Translations under genes and position numbers: made by a program
The notes under the pieces: model-generated
The model's database searches: none
Told to the model about the DNA's origin: nothing
What the model saw: the letters and a program-made list of their open reading frames with translations, nothing else
Source of the DNA: Planctomycetota bacterium
GTDB lineage: Bacteria > Planctomycetota > GCA-002687715 > CAIWVZ01
Assembly (NCBI GenBank): GCA_044222185.1
Contig: JBGANV010000008.1
Coordinates: 224,001 to 288,000, forward strand
Reading direction: 5' to 3'
Length of the DNA: 64,000 bases
Shown: positions 1 to 8,937 of the stretch, piece by piece
Layout: every line of letters begins with the position of its first letter
How positions within the stretch are numbered: position 1 is the stretch's first letter

Positions 1-1479
1 GACCTGAACCTCGACGGGTTTCCGGATCTCGTCGTCGGAGCACCGGGAGCGCCGCCCAACGGCCGCGTTTCCGTGATCTCGGGATTCGACGGAGCCGTCC
101 TGTACGAAGTCCTCGGAACCGTGACGAGTGGATTCGGCGTATCCGTCTCCGATGCCGGTGACGTCAACGCGGACGGCGCGCCGGACCTGATCCTCGGCGG
201 CATGAACGGCTCGACGGGATACGCGCAGGTGGTCTCCGGTCTCACGGGCACGGTCATCTACACCTTCCAGACCGGTGGCAGCTTCGACGGGTTCGGCATC
301 AGCGTGAGCGGAGCGGGCGACGTCGACAACGACGGGTACGACGACGTGATCGTGGGCGGTTTCTCGTCCGCAACCGTGTTCAGCGGACTCACGGGTCAAA
401 CGCTGTTCACCGTCACTCTGGGCGGGTTCACGATCCAGGGTCTGGCCGTCGCGGCGGCGGGCGACGTCGACAACGATGGGTTCGACGACGTGCTCGTCGG
501 AGACGAAAGCGCGGCCACGGGGCCCGGTGTGTTCAGCGGCGGCGTCGTTCGGCTCTACGCCGGGCCGTCGGGTGCCACGCTTCGCACGGTCGGCGGCGCC
601 ACGTTCGAATTCCTCGGACATTCCGTTGCGGGGCTGGGTGACGTGAATGGCGACGGGGTCAGGGACTTCATCGCCGGCGGACCGCAGGCCGCATCGAGCA
701 CCGGGCTCGCGCGGATCTACTCGGGGCAGACCGGAGGCGTCATCCGCACGTCGTCGAGCCCTCTCGCGAGCCTCCAGTTCGGATCGGCCGTGGCGAACGC
801 GCGCGACGCGAACGGCGACGGGGTCGATGACGTGATCGTCTCCGGCATCGGTGGTGGACCGAATGCGAATTTCCCTGGGGTGGTCGTCGTCCAATCGGGC
901 CTGACCGGGGCGACCCTCGCGACGGTGACCGGGAACCCCTTCGACCGGCTCGGGTACGGGGTGTCATCCGCTGGCGATCTCACCGCCGATGGTGCGCCGG
1001 AGATCATCCTCGGCGCGCCGTCGTCGGGATTCGGCGGTCCGCCGGGCTACGCGCGCGTCGTCTCGCTGGGATCGATCCCAGCCGCTGCGGCGACACCCGT
1101 GGGATCGGGATGCGGAGCCGGCGCGATTCCACCGGTCCTCACCGTGTCGCCAGCGCCCATCCTCGGGCAGACGGCCACGCTCGCGGTGACGCTGGCGACG
1201 GCGCAGCGGAACGGGCTCGTCTTCGCGGCGCTTCCGCCTGCAACCGCCCAGCCGATCGGCGGCGGATGCGTGGTCTACCTTCCGCTCGGCACCATCGCGA
1301 GCTGGCTCTCGATTCCGATCACGACGGACGCGTCCGGGTCGTCGGCGCTCTCCATCCCCCTCGCCGGCGTTCCCACACTGGCTGGAACGCAGGTGGCATT
1401 GCAGGCCGTCGTCCTCCCCACGAGCGGTCCGCTCGGCTTCGATCTCACGAATGCGGTGGTCGTGACCCTCGGGTTCTGA
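1..1479 (+). CDS. FG-GAP (integrin-alpha-like) repeat beta-propeller protein with C-terminal beta domain; 5'-partial
   Basis: Frame is open from base 1 (DLNLDGFPDLVVGAP). Repeated FGxSVxxAGDV(N/D)xDGxxD(L/V)I(V/L)G motifs. C-terminal tail ends LQAVVLPTSGPLGFDLTNAVVVTLGF. Confidence 0.9.
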   Translation, partial: DLNLDGFPDLVVGAPGAPPNGRVSVISGFDGAVLYEVLGTVTSGFGVSVSDAGDVNADGAPDLILGGMNGSTGYAQVVSGLTGTVIYTFQTGGSFDGFGISVSGAGDVDNDGYDDVIVGGFSSATVFSGLTGQTLFTVTLGGFTIQGLAVAAAGDVDNDGFDDVLVGDESAATGPGVFSGGVVRLYAGPSGATLRTVGGATFEFLGHSVAGLGDVNGDGVRDFIAGGPQAASSTGLARIYSGQTGGVIRTSSSPLASLQFGSAVANARDANGDGVDDVIVSGIGGGPNANFPGVVVVQSGLTGATLATVTGNPFDRLGYGVSSAGDLTADGAPEIILGAPSSGFGGPPGYARVVSLGSIPAAAATPVGSGCGAGAIPPVLTVSPAPILGQTATLAVTLATAQRNGLVFAALPPATAQPIGGGCVVYLPLGTIASWLSIPITTDASGSSALSIPLAGVPTLAGTQVALQAVVLPTSGPLGFDLTNAVVVTLGF

Positions 1480-1499
1480 CCCGGGCGCCCGCTCCTCGC

Positions 1500-3818
1500 T
1501 CAACCGAGCGCGCGACGAATGTCGTCGAGCGCGCCCCGGCCCTTCGCAGCCTGCTCGGCGGTGATCTCAGCGGCACCGTAGAGCGCGTCGTTCACCATGG
1601 GGACGACCGATCCGAAGGAGTCGTGCGCGGGCGCCGCCGGCGTCGGCGAGACCCGTGCTGCATGCTCGCGCGGCGTCTCGTGCTCGCGACGCTCGCGGCC
1701 CGAACCGGTCAGGTCCTTCTGGAGGAACGCGTACGCCAGCAGCAGCCGCTCGGACTCGGTGCGCGGTCGGTAGCCCTCCCAGGCAGGCGGGAGCATCGGC
1801 TGCGGTGCGGGCTCGGAAGGCTCCTGCGGTTCCTCCTCCTTGGGCCCGGACTTCCGCTGCCGCAATCGCAGCACGAGGAAGATGAGGAACGCGCCGAGCG
1901 CCAGCGCGCCGAGAAACGCGGCGGCGGCACGGCTCAACCGCGGAGGCGCCACCGAGTCGCTCGCGGGATCGGCGCCGTCATCGCCGGGACCGCCGCGATC
2001 ACCGCGGTCACGGCCGAGCCCCGGATCCTTCACCTCGGCACCGCCCACGCCGCTCACGTCGTCGAACTCGGCCGAACCGTTCGGGCCGACGGGATCGGGG
2101 TCGCGAGCCACGTTCTCGGTGAGGTCCACGGGGGTCCACCCGAGATCGTTCGTCTCGACCTCGACCCAGGCGTGCGCCGTACGCCGCTTCACCAGCCACT
2201 CGTCCGGGCGCTCGCCTGGCTCAGCCCCCAGGAAGCCCACGGCGATTCGCGTGGGAATTCCCCGAGCGCGAAGAAGCAGGGCCCCGAGCGTCGCGAAGTG
2301 GCGGCAATCGCCCACGCGTTTGCGCGTGACGAAGTCGACGAGCGTCTCTGGCAGATGGCGGCGAGTCGTTTCGCGTCCGTAGGTGAAATACCCACGTGCG
2401 TAGTCGTGAAGTGCCTCCAGGTTCGCTCTCAAACCCGTTGCGTCGCCGAAGACGGCCCGAGCCAGGCTGCCCAGATCCAGACCGAGCGCGCTTCGGTCGG
2501 GCACCTCCAGGAACATCTCGGGATCCTTGCGTCCCCGCGCAAATCCCGACTCCTCGGAGTTTCTCCCCACGAAAGGACGCACCGTGACCCGGTAACTGCT
2601 GTCCCTCTCGAGGCCGGCTCCTTTGAAGTAGTAGTCGCCATGGGGCGTCGATCGGATCTCCGGAAGCGCCGCGCGGGCGGGACGGACCGTGAAGCCCGTG
2701 GGGAAGTACGGCATGAAGAGCGAACCGACTTCCGGCACGACGACCGTGACGACCAACTCCTGTGGCGCGACTCCGGTCACTGGCGCGTCGAAGCGGAATC
2801 CTTCGGGTTCCTGTTCGAGGGGCAACGGGTCGGTGAAGCGGGTCGACCAGTCCTGAAGCCTCGGATCGAACCGCTCGAACACGCGGCCGCGCCAATAGGT
2901 GTCGGAGTTCGGACTCCAGGTCTCATCCGCGGGCGTCGATGGGGCGTTCGGGCGCGTGATGCGCAGGACGATCGTCTCGTCGAACGCGGCGTTCAGAGAC
3001 GAACGCCGCGAAAGGCGCATGCCCATGGCACCGGCCCTGCCGCCCTCGCGCGCCGTGAGCAGCGAGTTCTCGACGCGCGAGTGCTCCTCCTCGGCCCGGC
3101 TGCGGTCGCGCTTCTCGGCCGCCCGTCTCTCGAGGATCTTCTCGACGCGGTCCACCAGCGGATCTGCGGCGATGAAGAGCCCGGCGACGATTCCGATGAA
3201 GGCCACGATCACGAGGAAGGCCGCGACCCGCGCGTTCTGGACGTTCACGCGCCCGCGGCCTCCGCGCGCAGCCGCCACGGCGGCCGCGGCCGACAGCTGT
3301 CGCCGCACGGCATTCGACACGCACATGCTGCAGAACGCGACCACCGTCAGCGGCATGGAAAACCGGAACCCCCCGATCACTCCGGCCGCCATGGCGCCGA
3401 AGGAGAACGGCTCGTACCAGGCGTAGGCCGCCGGATCGAAGAGCATGAACCCCGACATCAGGAACGCGCCGACGATCCCGAGCATCTGCAGGTCACCCGG
3501 ATGACTGGATCGCGCGAGGACGAAGAAGAAGAGCAGCGATCCCAGGAGCAGCGCCGCGACGCCGCTTCCCACGATCCGCGTTCGGGCGTGAGGACCGCGG
3601 GCTCGGGCGAGAGACGGCTCGATCCCGGCGGCGAGGAGCCGCGGATAGGCACCCCATGCGAGGAGCGCGATCCAGCGAACGGCGTCGGGACCGTGATCGA
3701 ACGCGCCCGTCCCTCCCAACGCGACGGCCGCGGCGGCGACGACGTCGGCGGCGACCACGATCTGGCGGGCGTCGTCCACGTCCGTGAGGCGGTTGCGAAA
3801 GAGGGTGACGAATCTCAT
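1500..3818 (-). CDS. Transglutaminase-like (TgpA/DUF3488-type) membrane protein
   Basis: Several N-terminal TM helices, YWRG motif, triad motifs GDCRHFA / HAWVEV / PVDLT, C-terminal TM and ETPREHA (DUF4129-like). Start overlaps the DUF58 stop (ATGA). Confidence 0.88.
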   Translation of the reverse strand: MRFVTLFRNRLTDVDDARQIVVAADVVAAAAVALGGTGAFDHGPDAVRWIALLAWGAYPRLLAAGIEPSLARARGPHARTRIVGSGVAALLLGSLLFFFVLARSSHPGDLQMLGIVGAFLMSGFMLFDPAAYAWYEPFSFGAMAAGVIGGFRFSMPLTVVAFCSMCVSNAVRRQLSAAAAVAAARGGRGRVNVQNARVAAFLVIVAFIGIVAGLFIAADPLVDRVEKILERRAAEKRDRSRAEEEHSRVENSLLTAREGGRAGAMGMRLSRRSSLNAAFDETIVLRITRPNAPSTPADETWSPNSDTYWRGRVFERFDPRLQDWSTRFTDPLPLEQEPEGFRFDAPVTGVAPQELVVTVVVPEVGSLFMPYFPTGFTVRPARAALPEIRSTPHGDYYFKGAGLERDSSYRVTVRPFVGRNSEESGFARGRKDPEMFLEVPDRSALGLDLGSLARAVFGDATGLRANLEALHDYARGYFTYGRETTRRHLPETLVDFVTRKRVGDCRHFATLGALLLRARGIPTRIAVGFLGAEPGERPDEWLVKRRTAHAWVEVETNDLGWTPVDLTENVARDPDPVGPNGSAEFDDVSGVGGAEVKDPGLGRDRGDRGGPGDDGADPASDSVAPPRLSRAAAAFLGALALGAFLIFLVLRLRQRKSGPKEEEPQEPSEPAPQPMLPPAWEGYRPRTESERLLLAYAFLQKDLTGSGRERREHETPREHAARVSPTPAAPAHDSFGSVVPMVNDALYGAAEITAEQAAKGRGALDDIRRALG

Positions 3819-5068
3819 GCCGCCACCAGCCTTCCCCGACGCGCCACCATGCCGTCGTGGTCGAGGAGGGACACGCCCATGGCCGAGAGCCGCGCCAGCA
3901 TCCGCGTGCGTTCGCCGACGACGCGCTCCGTCGCCGCCTCCGGACGAATGGGATAGACGACGCAGACCACGCGCAGCCCACGCGCGACGAGCCGCCGGAC
4001 GGCCGCGCTGAACGCCTCGTCACCGGCCAGGTAGGGATGCAGGACGATCACGGCCGTGCCCTCCGTCGGCAGGCGATCCAATCGCCGAGAGAGCGTGTCC
4101 GGATACGAGTCGGTGCGCCGCGTCCGCACGCGGATCAGTGCCTCCAGGATCCGGAGCGTCTGCGATGGTCCCTGGCGGGGATCGACGTCGAACGTCCCCT
4201 GACTTCCGCATCGCAACTGGACGCGCATGCTCGAGCGCACGGCGCGAGCCGCGAGCGACGCCACGAGCCGGACGCTCGCCTCGAAGTTGCCCAGCCGCGC
4301 GCCGGAGAAGTGGACCGCCACGGAGACGTCCGGGTAGATCACGAGATCGTCAGGAATGGACGGAATGAACTCTCGCACCACGGGGAAGTCGCGCCGCGCG
4401 GTCAGCGCCCAGTGAACGCGTTTCAGCGGATCGCCCGCGACGTAGTCGCGCACGGAGAAGAACTCGTCGGACTCAGAAAGCCGCATCGCCTGACGCACGG
4501 GATCCCCGCGCGTGATGACGGAGAACAGCCGGTCCGGAAGCGACACATTCCGCATCCGCGGATACACCTTGAACTCGTCGATGAGATCGATGCGACGCCG
4601 CGCGGTGAACCAACCCAGCGGGTCGGACACCTCGAGTTCGATGGGTCCGTGGGGATAGATGCCGCGCGAGCGGCGGCACGTCGCGACGTAGGACTCGTCC
4701 ACGCGGGCGCCGGGGTCGACGCGCAGCACGAGCGGAACGTCGCGCGCCGCGACGGTCTCGGGTCCGAACACGTTGCGCAGCCGCGGGAAGAACAGCGGCA
4801 CCGAGGATCGGTTCTCGAGCGCGAGCGTGATCGTCACCTGATCGCCCTCGGACGCACGTCGTTCGGCGACGCGCGTGACGACGGCGGCGGCGAGCGCCCT
4901 TCGGACGACGTGGCGGACGATGAGTGGGAGCGCGACCAACGTGGCGCCGAGGGCGATCGCCGCCGAATTCGCGGTGACGATTCCCGCGAGGAGCGCCAGT
5001 CCGCCGACGGTCACGAGCCCCCGGCCCGGCTGCGGCGCAAGGCCGCGACTACCGGGCGTTGGCGGCAT
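3815..5068 (-). CDS. DUF58 domain protein
   Basis: Two N-terminal TMs, RGIY...DPLGWF, VYP, EFFSVRDYVAGDPLKRVHWALTAR...VREF. Lies between MoxR and the transglutaminase. Confidence 0.9.
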   Translation of the reverse strand: MPPTPGSRGLAPQPGRGLVTVGGLALLAGIVTANSAAIALGATLVALPLIVRHVVRRALAAAVVTRVAERRASEGDQVTITLALENRSSVPLFFPRLRNVFGPETVAARDVPLVLRVDPGARVDESYVATCRRSRGIYPHGPIELEVSDPLGWFTARRRIDLIDEFKVYPRMRNVSLPDRLFSVITRGDPVRQAMRLSESDEFFSVRDYVAGDPLKRVHWALTARRDFPVVREFIPSIPDDLVIYPDVSVAVHFSGARLGNFEASVRLVASLAARAVRSSMRVQLRCGSQGTFDVDPRQGPSQTLRILEALIRVRTRRTDSYPDTLSRRLDRLPTEGTAVIVLHPYLAGDEAFSAAVRRLVARGLRVVCVVYPIRPEAATERVVGERTRMLARLSAMGVSLLDHDGMVARRGRLVAA

Positions 5069-5999
5069 GCGGGAGGATCGGAACGGGTGCGGCCTTCAGG
5101 ATCTCGTCCACGATCGTCGCTCGGTCCGACCCCACGGCTTCCCGCTCGGCATCGAGCGACAGGCGATGTCCGATGACGGCAGACGCGACGGCCTTCACGT
5201 CGTCGGGCGCGACGAAGCGGGCTCCGCCGAGGAAGGCATGGGCCTGGGCGGCACGCATCATCGCGAGGCTCCCACGGGGGCTGAGCCCCAACCGCACGGC
5301 CGGGTTCTCGCGGCTCGCGCGCGCGATCGCGACGATGTACTCCTGGATCTCGGGTGCGACGCGGACCTTGCGCACCGCATCCTGCATGCGGATCAGGTCC
5401 TCGAGGGTGATGCAGGGACGGATCGTGGCGATCGGCTCGTCCTCGATCTGCATGGCGAGAATCCGGATCTCATCCTCGGCGGCCGGGTATCCGATCGAAA
5501 GCCGCATGAGGAAGCGATCGAGTTGCGCCTCGGGCAGCGGGAACGTCCCCGACAACTCGATGGGGTTGAGCGTCGCGATGACGAAGAACGGCGCCGAGAG
5601 CGGATACGTACGCCCCTCGACGGTCACCTGCCGCTCTTCCATGGCCTCGAGGAGACTCGATTGCGTGCGGGGTGAGGTGCGATTGATCTCGTCGGCGAGC
5701 AGTACGTTGGCGAAGACGGGGCCGTGGCGGAACTCGAACACGCGATCCTGCGTGTTGTAGACGGAGACTCCGGTGACGTCCGCCGGGAGGAGGTCCGGCG
5801 TGAACTGGATGCGCTTGAAGCTCGCGGCCACGGACTGCGCGAGAGCCCGCGCGAGCAGCGTCTTGCCGAGGCCAGGGGCGTCCTCGATGAGGACGTGGCC
5901 GCGGGCGAGCAGCCCCGCCACGACCATCCGGATCACGTCATCCTTCCCGACGATCACGCTCGCGATGTTGTCGCAGAGCCGCCGTAGCGTGGGTTCCAA
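5049..5999 (-). CDS. moxR: MoxR family AAA+ ATPase
   Basis: GHVLIEDAPGLGKT (Walker A), RIQFTPDLLPAD, LLADEINR (Walker B), FPLPEAQLDRF. TTG start at 5999 follows GAGGAG, so the ORF-track start at 6404 is over-extended. Confidence 0.95.
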   Translation of the reverse strand: MEPTLRRLCDNIASVIVGKDDVIRMVVAGLLARGHVLIEDAPGLGKTLLARALAQSVAASFKRIQFTPDLLPADVTGVSVYNTQDRVFEFRHGPVFANVLLADEINRTSPRTQSSLLEAMEERQVTVEGRTYPLSAPFFVIATLNPIELSGTFPLPEAQLDRFLMRLSIGYPAAEDEIRILAMQIEDEPIATIRPCITLEDLIRMQDAVRKVRVAPEIQEYIVAIARASRENPAVRLGLSPRGSLAMMRAAQAHAFLGGARFVAPDDVKAVASAVIGHRLSLDAEREAVGSDRATIVDEILKAAPVPILPHAANAR

Positions 6000-6058
6000 A
6001 ACTCGTCTCCTCGGATGCGTGTACCGGTTCGACCCGGCGGGCGTCAGGCAGGGGGCCA

Positions 6059-6088
6059 AGTCTAAGGCCCGGCGCGGCGTCGTGCCAA
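6059..6088 (-). promoter_or_regulatory. Putative sigma70-type promoter of the moxR operon
   Basis: Minus strand reads TTGGCA-N18-TAGACT about 60 nt upstream of the TTG start. Confidence 0.45.
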
Positions 6089-6282
6089 GTTTTCCTGGGC
6101 GAGGTCGGCGGGATGAGCATGGGCCCCAAGCACGGCGAGCTACGTCCATCACCGGGGCTGCACTCCGAAGCGGCGCCCGTATCTCCGCGAGGGATGACTC
6201 CGGCGTTCGCGTGCGACTCATCGCACATGCGCAGCTGGCACGACAGCGAGCCGCACACGCCGGACGTTCACAAGGAGTTGCC

Positions 6283-7677
6283 ATGTCACTTGCAAACATC
6301 CGGCCAGTCGTCGTTCCGTTGCTCCTCCTGTCATGCGCCCTGCCCATCGCCGCGCAGGGCCCTGGGAGCTGCGGATTCCACCTGGACGTCCTCGCCGATC
6401 GCACGTCGACTCACGCTGCGATTGCCGACATGCCCGGCGCCCCGGGCTCCGGCGGCGCAGGCTATCCTGCCGGCGCTCCCGGCAATCCGTACACGGCGTA
6501 CGTGACGCCGGGAACGGTGTTCAAACTCCAGCTCTCCGTGCCGCCGAGCACACTCGGCCCGAGGATCGGCACCGGAAGCCTGGTCACCATCCTGTGGTCG
6601 CTGGGCACTCCGAACGTCGCGGTGCCGACCCCCGCTGGCGGCCTCGCGCCGTGTCAGCCGGGCCAGCCTTGGATCATCTCCGTACTACCGGTGATCCAGG
6701 GCGCGATCCTCGACGGGATCGGGTGGATCAACGTGCCCGTTCCTCCGACACGACCCGCCGACCCCGGCCATCCGTACAAGCTCGAAGTGACGCTTCTGTA
6801 CCCACCGCAGGTCGGTGGCGTTCCGGTGATGTTCCAGGCCGCCGCGATCACGCCGCAAGGCCTCCTCGCGGTCTCGAACGGCGTGTCCCTGATCGCTGGC
6901 GTCAACGGAAGCGAGCAGAGCGTGCTGGGCGCCATGGGTGGATGCCCCGGCGGCGTGAGTCCGTTCGATGAAGGCGAGGCGGCTCTGCCGACGCCACCGG
7001 CCTTCACCTTCTATGGGTTCCCTGCCGGCGTCACGTTCATGAACGTGAACGGGTATCTGTCCTTCACGCCCGCGAGCTGCGACCGAACCGGCTCGTCGGG
7101 AGACCTCGGCTGCGCGCCAGCGACGGTGAATGCCTCGCCCCGCATCGCCGCCAATCACTTCGACGCCGACTTCGCGCTCGGCGCCACACCACCGCGGATC
7201 GACGACGTGACGTTCGAGATCGCCCCTCCGGGACCGAACTGGCCGCAACGGCACATCTATCGCTGGAAGAACGCCGTTCCGCGCCTGTCGCCGTCGGCCC
7301 CGCCTGCAATCGACACCGACTACGCATCGATGGTGTGCGAGCTGTGGGCCGGCGCGTCCGTGCCGGGCGGCGCGGGTCCGTCGACGATCGTCGTCGTTCG
7401 ACAGGACACCCATCCGGTGTCGCGCATGGATCACCACGACATGATCGGCATCGGACCCGGTGTCGCAGGCCAGGGGTTCGGCGGTCCGCCGCCCAACTGC
7501 TGGGCGACGGCACTCTGGTCCCTCTATGCCACGCCGGGTTTCGCCGGCGGCCCGGGCCACGCGATCTACCAGGATGCGATTTACGACAGCTCGATCCTCG
7601 GCAACCTCGCGGTGGTCTTCACACCGCAGGTCCAGATCCCAGTCCTGCCGCTCCCCTATCGGGTGACGACGTACTGA
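6283..7677 (+). CDS. Secreted hypothetical protein (beta domain plus nidogen/NIDO-like region)
   Basis: AAGGAG RBS; signal peptide MSLANIRPVVVPLLLLSCALPIAAQ. The FTFYG...MNVNGYLSF motif resembles nidogen-like extracellular domains. Confidence 0.75.
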   Translation: MSLANIRPVVVPLLLLSCALPIAAQGPGSCGFHLDVLADRTSTHAAIADMPGAPGSGGAGYPAGAPGNPYTAYVTPGTVFKLQLSVPPSTLGPRIGTGSLVTILWSLGTPNVAVPTPAGGLAPCQPGQPWIISVLPVIQGAILDGIGWINVPVPPTRPADPGHPYKLEVTLLYPPQVGGVPVMFQAAAITPQGLLAVSNGVSLIAGVNGSEQSVLGAMGGCPGGVSPFDEGEAALPTPPAFTFYGFPAGVTFMNVNGYLSFTPASCDRTGSSGDLGCAPATVNASPRIAANHFDADFALGATPPRIDDVTFEIAPPGPNWPQRHIYRWKNAVPRLSPSAPPAIDTDYASMVCELWAGASVPGGAGPSTIVVVRQDTHPVSRMDHHDMIGIGPGVAGQGFGGPPPNCWATALWSLYATPGFAGGPGHAIYQDAIYDSSILGNLAVVFTPQVQIPVLPLPYRVTTY

Positions 7678-7690
7678 ATCCCGCGGCGTG

Positions 7691-8875
7691 TCAGTTGACG
7701 ACGTGAGTGATCGCGTTCGACACCTGGCTGGCCGGCGTCGCGCCCGCCGGCCCGACGAACCCGAGAGCCACCGCATCGAAGGTGAACCCGAGCGGGACGC
7801 CGCCGACGGGGCCGAGCGTGATCCCGCCGCAGGAGCTCAGCGGCCCCACGAACGGGAAACCGGAGATGAACTGTCCGACGATCTCGGAGATCGCCGGCGC
7901 GATCCCGTAGAAGTAGCCCGTGGGAGCTGCGCCGGTGTTCACCGTGCTCACGGCGAGGAAGTAGGTGCCGCTCGCGGGGCCATCGGCGATGTAGAGCTGC
8001 AGCGAGCCCGAGCCGAGAGGCTGGGTTGCCGCCAGCGTCATCGGGCCCGTGGCGAGGTCGAGCGTGAACTGGCTCCCGAATCCGGATCCTGCCGACACGC
8101 GGATGTAGTACGTCGCGCCGGCCTGCGACGGGAAGCTGACGCTCGAGCCCACGAAGCACCCGGGCGAGTTGTCGTTGCAGGCGATCTGCAGGCCGCCGCA
8201 ACCGGTGTAGACGCTGATGACGGAGTCGTAGAAGTAGCAGTCGGTGTTCACCGTCAGCACGGTGCTGCATGGCGTCGTATATCGGAACCACAGATCGTGC
8301 GTGGCCGCGCCGCAGCTCGGCGGAGGACCGGCGCTCGGCGTCGCCCCGACGTTCAGGAACGGGCCGTTGTGCCCCTTCGTGATCGGAATGGCTCCGGAGC
8401 ACTCGTCGTTGGCCGGCGGCGGGATGGGCGGGCTGATGTTCACGGGGAAGGTCCCCGTCTGTGCCGAGAGGACGTAGCTCCCCACGCGGATGTAGTACGG
8501 CGTGCCGGCGGTGAGGTTCACGTAGACGAGTGACCGGTTGCCGCACCATCGATCGTTGCACCCGATGTAGAAGGCATTGCCGATCGGGCACACGGCAAAG
8601 ACGGCGAGCACGGTCTGAACGAGCGTGCCGCCGCCGCAGGTGTCGATCGCGTACGGCGCCGTCGCCGGAGGAATGAACCGGAACCACACGTCGTTGATGA
8701 TCCCCGCGCAGGAGATCGTCGACGACGTGGTCGACCCCGTGTTCGTGAAGAGGCCGTTGGATCCGATGAACACGGGAATGGCCGTCGTGCAGTCGTCGTT
8801 GGTCACCTGGGCGCCGACGTGAACGACGACGGCGAGGACGAGCAACGCGCACCGAGCGAGGTTCGGGAGAGTCAT
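7691..8875 (-). CDS. Secreted protein with 2 Cys-containing NDxC...DxWF...YYIRV (PPC-like) repeats and a C-terminal beta domain
   Basis: Signal peptide MTLPNLARCALLVLAVVVHVGAQ and two ~120-aa repeats. Paralog of 8938..10530. Confidence 0.8.
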   Translation of the reverse strand: MTLPNLARCALLVLAVVVHVGAQVTNDDCTTAIPVFIGSNGLFTNTGSTTSSTISCAGIINDVWFRFIPPATAPYAIDTCGGGTLVQTVLAVFAVCPIGNAFYIGCNDRWCGNRSLVYVNLTAGTPYYIRVGSYVLSAQTGTFPVNISPPIPPPANDECSGAIPITKGHNGPFLNVGATPSAGPPPSCGAATHDLWFRYTTPCSTVLTVNTDCYFYDSVISVYTGCGGLQIACNDNSPGCFVGSSVSFPSQAGATYYIRVSAGSGFGSQFTLDLATGPMTLAATQPLGSGSLQLYIADGPASGTYFLAVSTVNTGAAPTGYFYGIAPAISEIVGQFISGFPFVGPLSSCGGITLGPVGGVPLGFTFDAVALGFVGPAGATPASQVSNAITHVVN

Positions 8876-8937
8876 GAAAGTTCTTTCTGAGCCGATGGAT
8901 TCGACCGGGTGACCGCCGTTCCGCCGTCGCGATCCAC

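Noticed and set aside
1110-3956. 948-aa plus-strand ORF, and similar long ORFs such as 40175..42301 +, 44244..46151 - and 51727..53847 +
   Set aside because: These are Arg/Gly-rich antisense shadows of well-supported genes, expected in very GC-rich DNA, and have no motifs.
6000-6404. N-terminal extensions of the MoxR ORF (to 6404) and of the opposite ORF (from 5773)
   Set aside because: The two extensions overlap each other. RBS-supported starts at 5999 and 6283 leave a normal divergent intergenic region.
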